This document shows positions 62,442 through 64,000 of a DNA stretch of 64,000 nt, piece after piece. This stretch comes from Hemiscyllium ocellatum (Eukaryota). Position numbers and translations under genes: made by a program. Positions within the stretch are counted from its first letter, which is position 1; each line of letters starts with the position of its first letter. Location of the stretch: NCBI RefSeq assembly GCF_020745735.1, contig NC_083413.1, positions 39,680,001 to 39,744,000 on the forward strand, read 5' to 3'. The notes below the pieces were generated by a model, which made no database searches, was not told the DNA's origin, and saw nothing but the letters and a program-made list of their open reading frames with translations.

Positions 62442-63195
62442 TCAATACCAGAATCTTTGCTGTTCGTGCTACATTTCTCTGAGAATCCATCACCCCTGAT
62501 ATTTTCCAAAACAGCATACTTGTTTGAAATGGGGATAGCCATAGAAGACTCCTACACTACCTGCCTACCTCTCTTACCTTTCCTGGAGTTAACCCATCGA
62601 TGTGACTGTATCTGCGACTTTTCTCCCTTCCTATAACTGCCATCCATCACACCCCCTTGTGCTTGTAAATTCCTCACTGCCTCTAACTGTCGCTCCAACC
62701 AATCCTTTCGATTGGATAGGATTTCCAAACAATGGCATTTATTGTAGATAAAATCCGCAATAACACGTAAACTCTCCCTAAACTCCCACATCGGACAAGA
62801 AGAGCATATCACTCTACTAAGGGCCATTTTTGCTTCTTTCAATCTGCAGACCCAGAAAATAGCATTGTCTTCTTCCTCTACAAAACACTGCTCCAAGCTA
62901 AGTTAATACTTATGGCTTATATTATTAAGTTTAATCAAGTGATCTATCTCAGTAAAATATATAATCAAAAAAGAACCCATTCTATTCACTACTGCAGATT
63001 TACAGCAAGGCCACACTATTTCCTTTTCTGTGTCTATGCTGTGACCTCTCCCAAACAGGTTCCTCCAAGATTAGTTGTGAATTTCACTGTTTGTTAATTT
63101 TCCTAGATGCACTCTGGTGTCCATCGATACATGAATCCAACAGCAAAGGCAGTAACTGTGCAGCTTCACTGCTGTCAGTTAGCAATGTGGGTTTT

Positions 63196-63200
<5 letters not shown>

Positions 63201-63230
<30 letters not shown>
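63201..63230. repeat. (CT)15 microsatellite
   Basis: Seen directly. Confidence 0.95.
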
Positions 63231-63232
<2 letters not shown>

Positions 63233-64000
63233 CACTGACCTCACCATGTGCTGCCTTTGTCTGTTCCTCTCCCTTTTGAAATTGCCATTGTTTTGATGTT
63301 TTTTTTTCTCCTCCGTTTCAAAACAATGCAACAGCATATAAAACAGTAATTGCTGCTCCTGGACTTTGAGGAAACCACTGCCAACACCCAGAACACCTCA
63401 AAAAAGTAGCAGCCTGTTACAGCCAGATAAGTGCAGCAGCTGATCAAGTCAAATGAATATTTTTAAGATGGAGTTTGGTAGATTCTTGAGGTTGTCAAAG
63501 ATTATCAGGGACAGATAGTAATTTAGAACTGAGCTCAAAAATCAGCTGGGATTTTATTGAATAGTGGAGCAAGTTTGAGGGTTTGAATGGCTTAATTCTG
63601 CTCCTAATTTGGACATACCAATTTATCAGTGTCTGTGGTACATGAAGGATAGGTCAATTTTGAAATGAGTCCTTTAAAGAGTTACAGCTTTCTGATTTTG
63701 CATGATGAATATGTTTCTGATTTTATTCCTGATTCTGATTTGTGGGTGAGTTTTGTGTGGGAGGTCAGCAAACCCAAAATGATGGGTTCCCAAATGACCT
63801 GGACTATTTAATTGCAGCTCTGCTTTTTCTCTGTGGTCCCTGGCCATGGATAGCCTGAGTGGCAGATCAGCAGTCTTTTGGACTGGAAATATATTTCACA
63901 GGACTAAAAGGCAGGCAGATTCATTTCTAGAGGAGTGAGTTGGCAGGGTGTGCTGCTGGTGATGGAAGGGCCCTGATTTCAGGGACTGGGGATGGAAGTA

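Larger units (their letters stand above)
58477..63420 (-). mobile_element. Near full-length CR1 LINE (5' UTR, ORF1 Zn-finger/leucine-zipper plus GDSL esterase, ORF2 APE plus RT), inactivated
   Basis: ORF1: VICSSC.MWE...KC..LE.L...LERQLE (62552-62896), IVLGDSLVR, VHIG. APE: DFNFPNIDW, PTREG.KLDL, SDHN. RT: ORFs 59557-59910 and 58797-59510. Many frameshifts. 5' boundary approximate. Confidence 0.9.

Overview
Vertebrate genomic DNA, very probably from a shark or other elasmobranch (HE1-type SINEs, dense CR1 LINEs, Penelope-like elements). It holds three genes in the same order and orientation as human 3q29. FAM43A is intronless (minus, 832-1899). LSG1 is complete, with 14 coding exons (plus, 14371-39139, 2004 nt CDS, 667 aa, circularly permuted GTPase of 60S maturation). 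Only the first coding exon of TMEM44 is present (plus, 46079-46266). Most other sequence is retroelement debris: CR1, Tx1/L1-clade, Rex1/Babar-like, SINEs, solo-LTR candidates and Penelope-like elements (PLEs). Most of the short ORFs in the track are repeat-derived or chance. Main observations: (1) LSG1 intron 10 is a minor-spliceosome (U12) intron, apparently with rare AT-AT termini. (2) About eight minimal hammerhead-ribozyme motifs, some degenerate, sit in PLE-derived elements, including a perfect 94-bp-arm palindrome with a 15-bp target-site duplication (TSD) in LSG1 intron 2. (3) A copy of the exon-4 splice donor has been pasted into a CR1 element that itself split the exon-4 acceptor, creating a candidate poison exon. 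Coordinates were read by eye and repeat boundaries are approximate.
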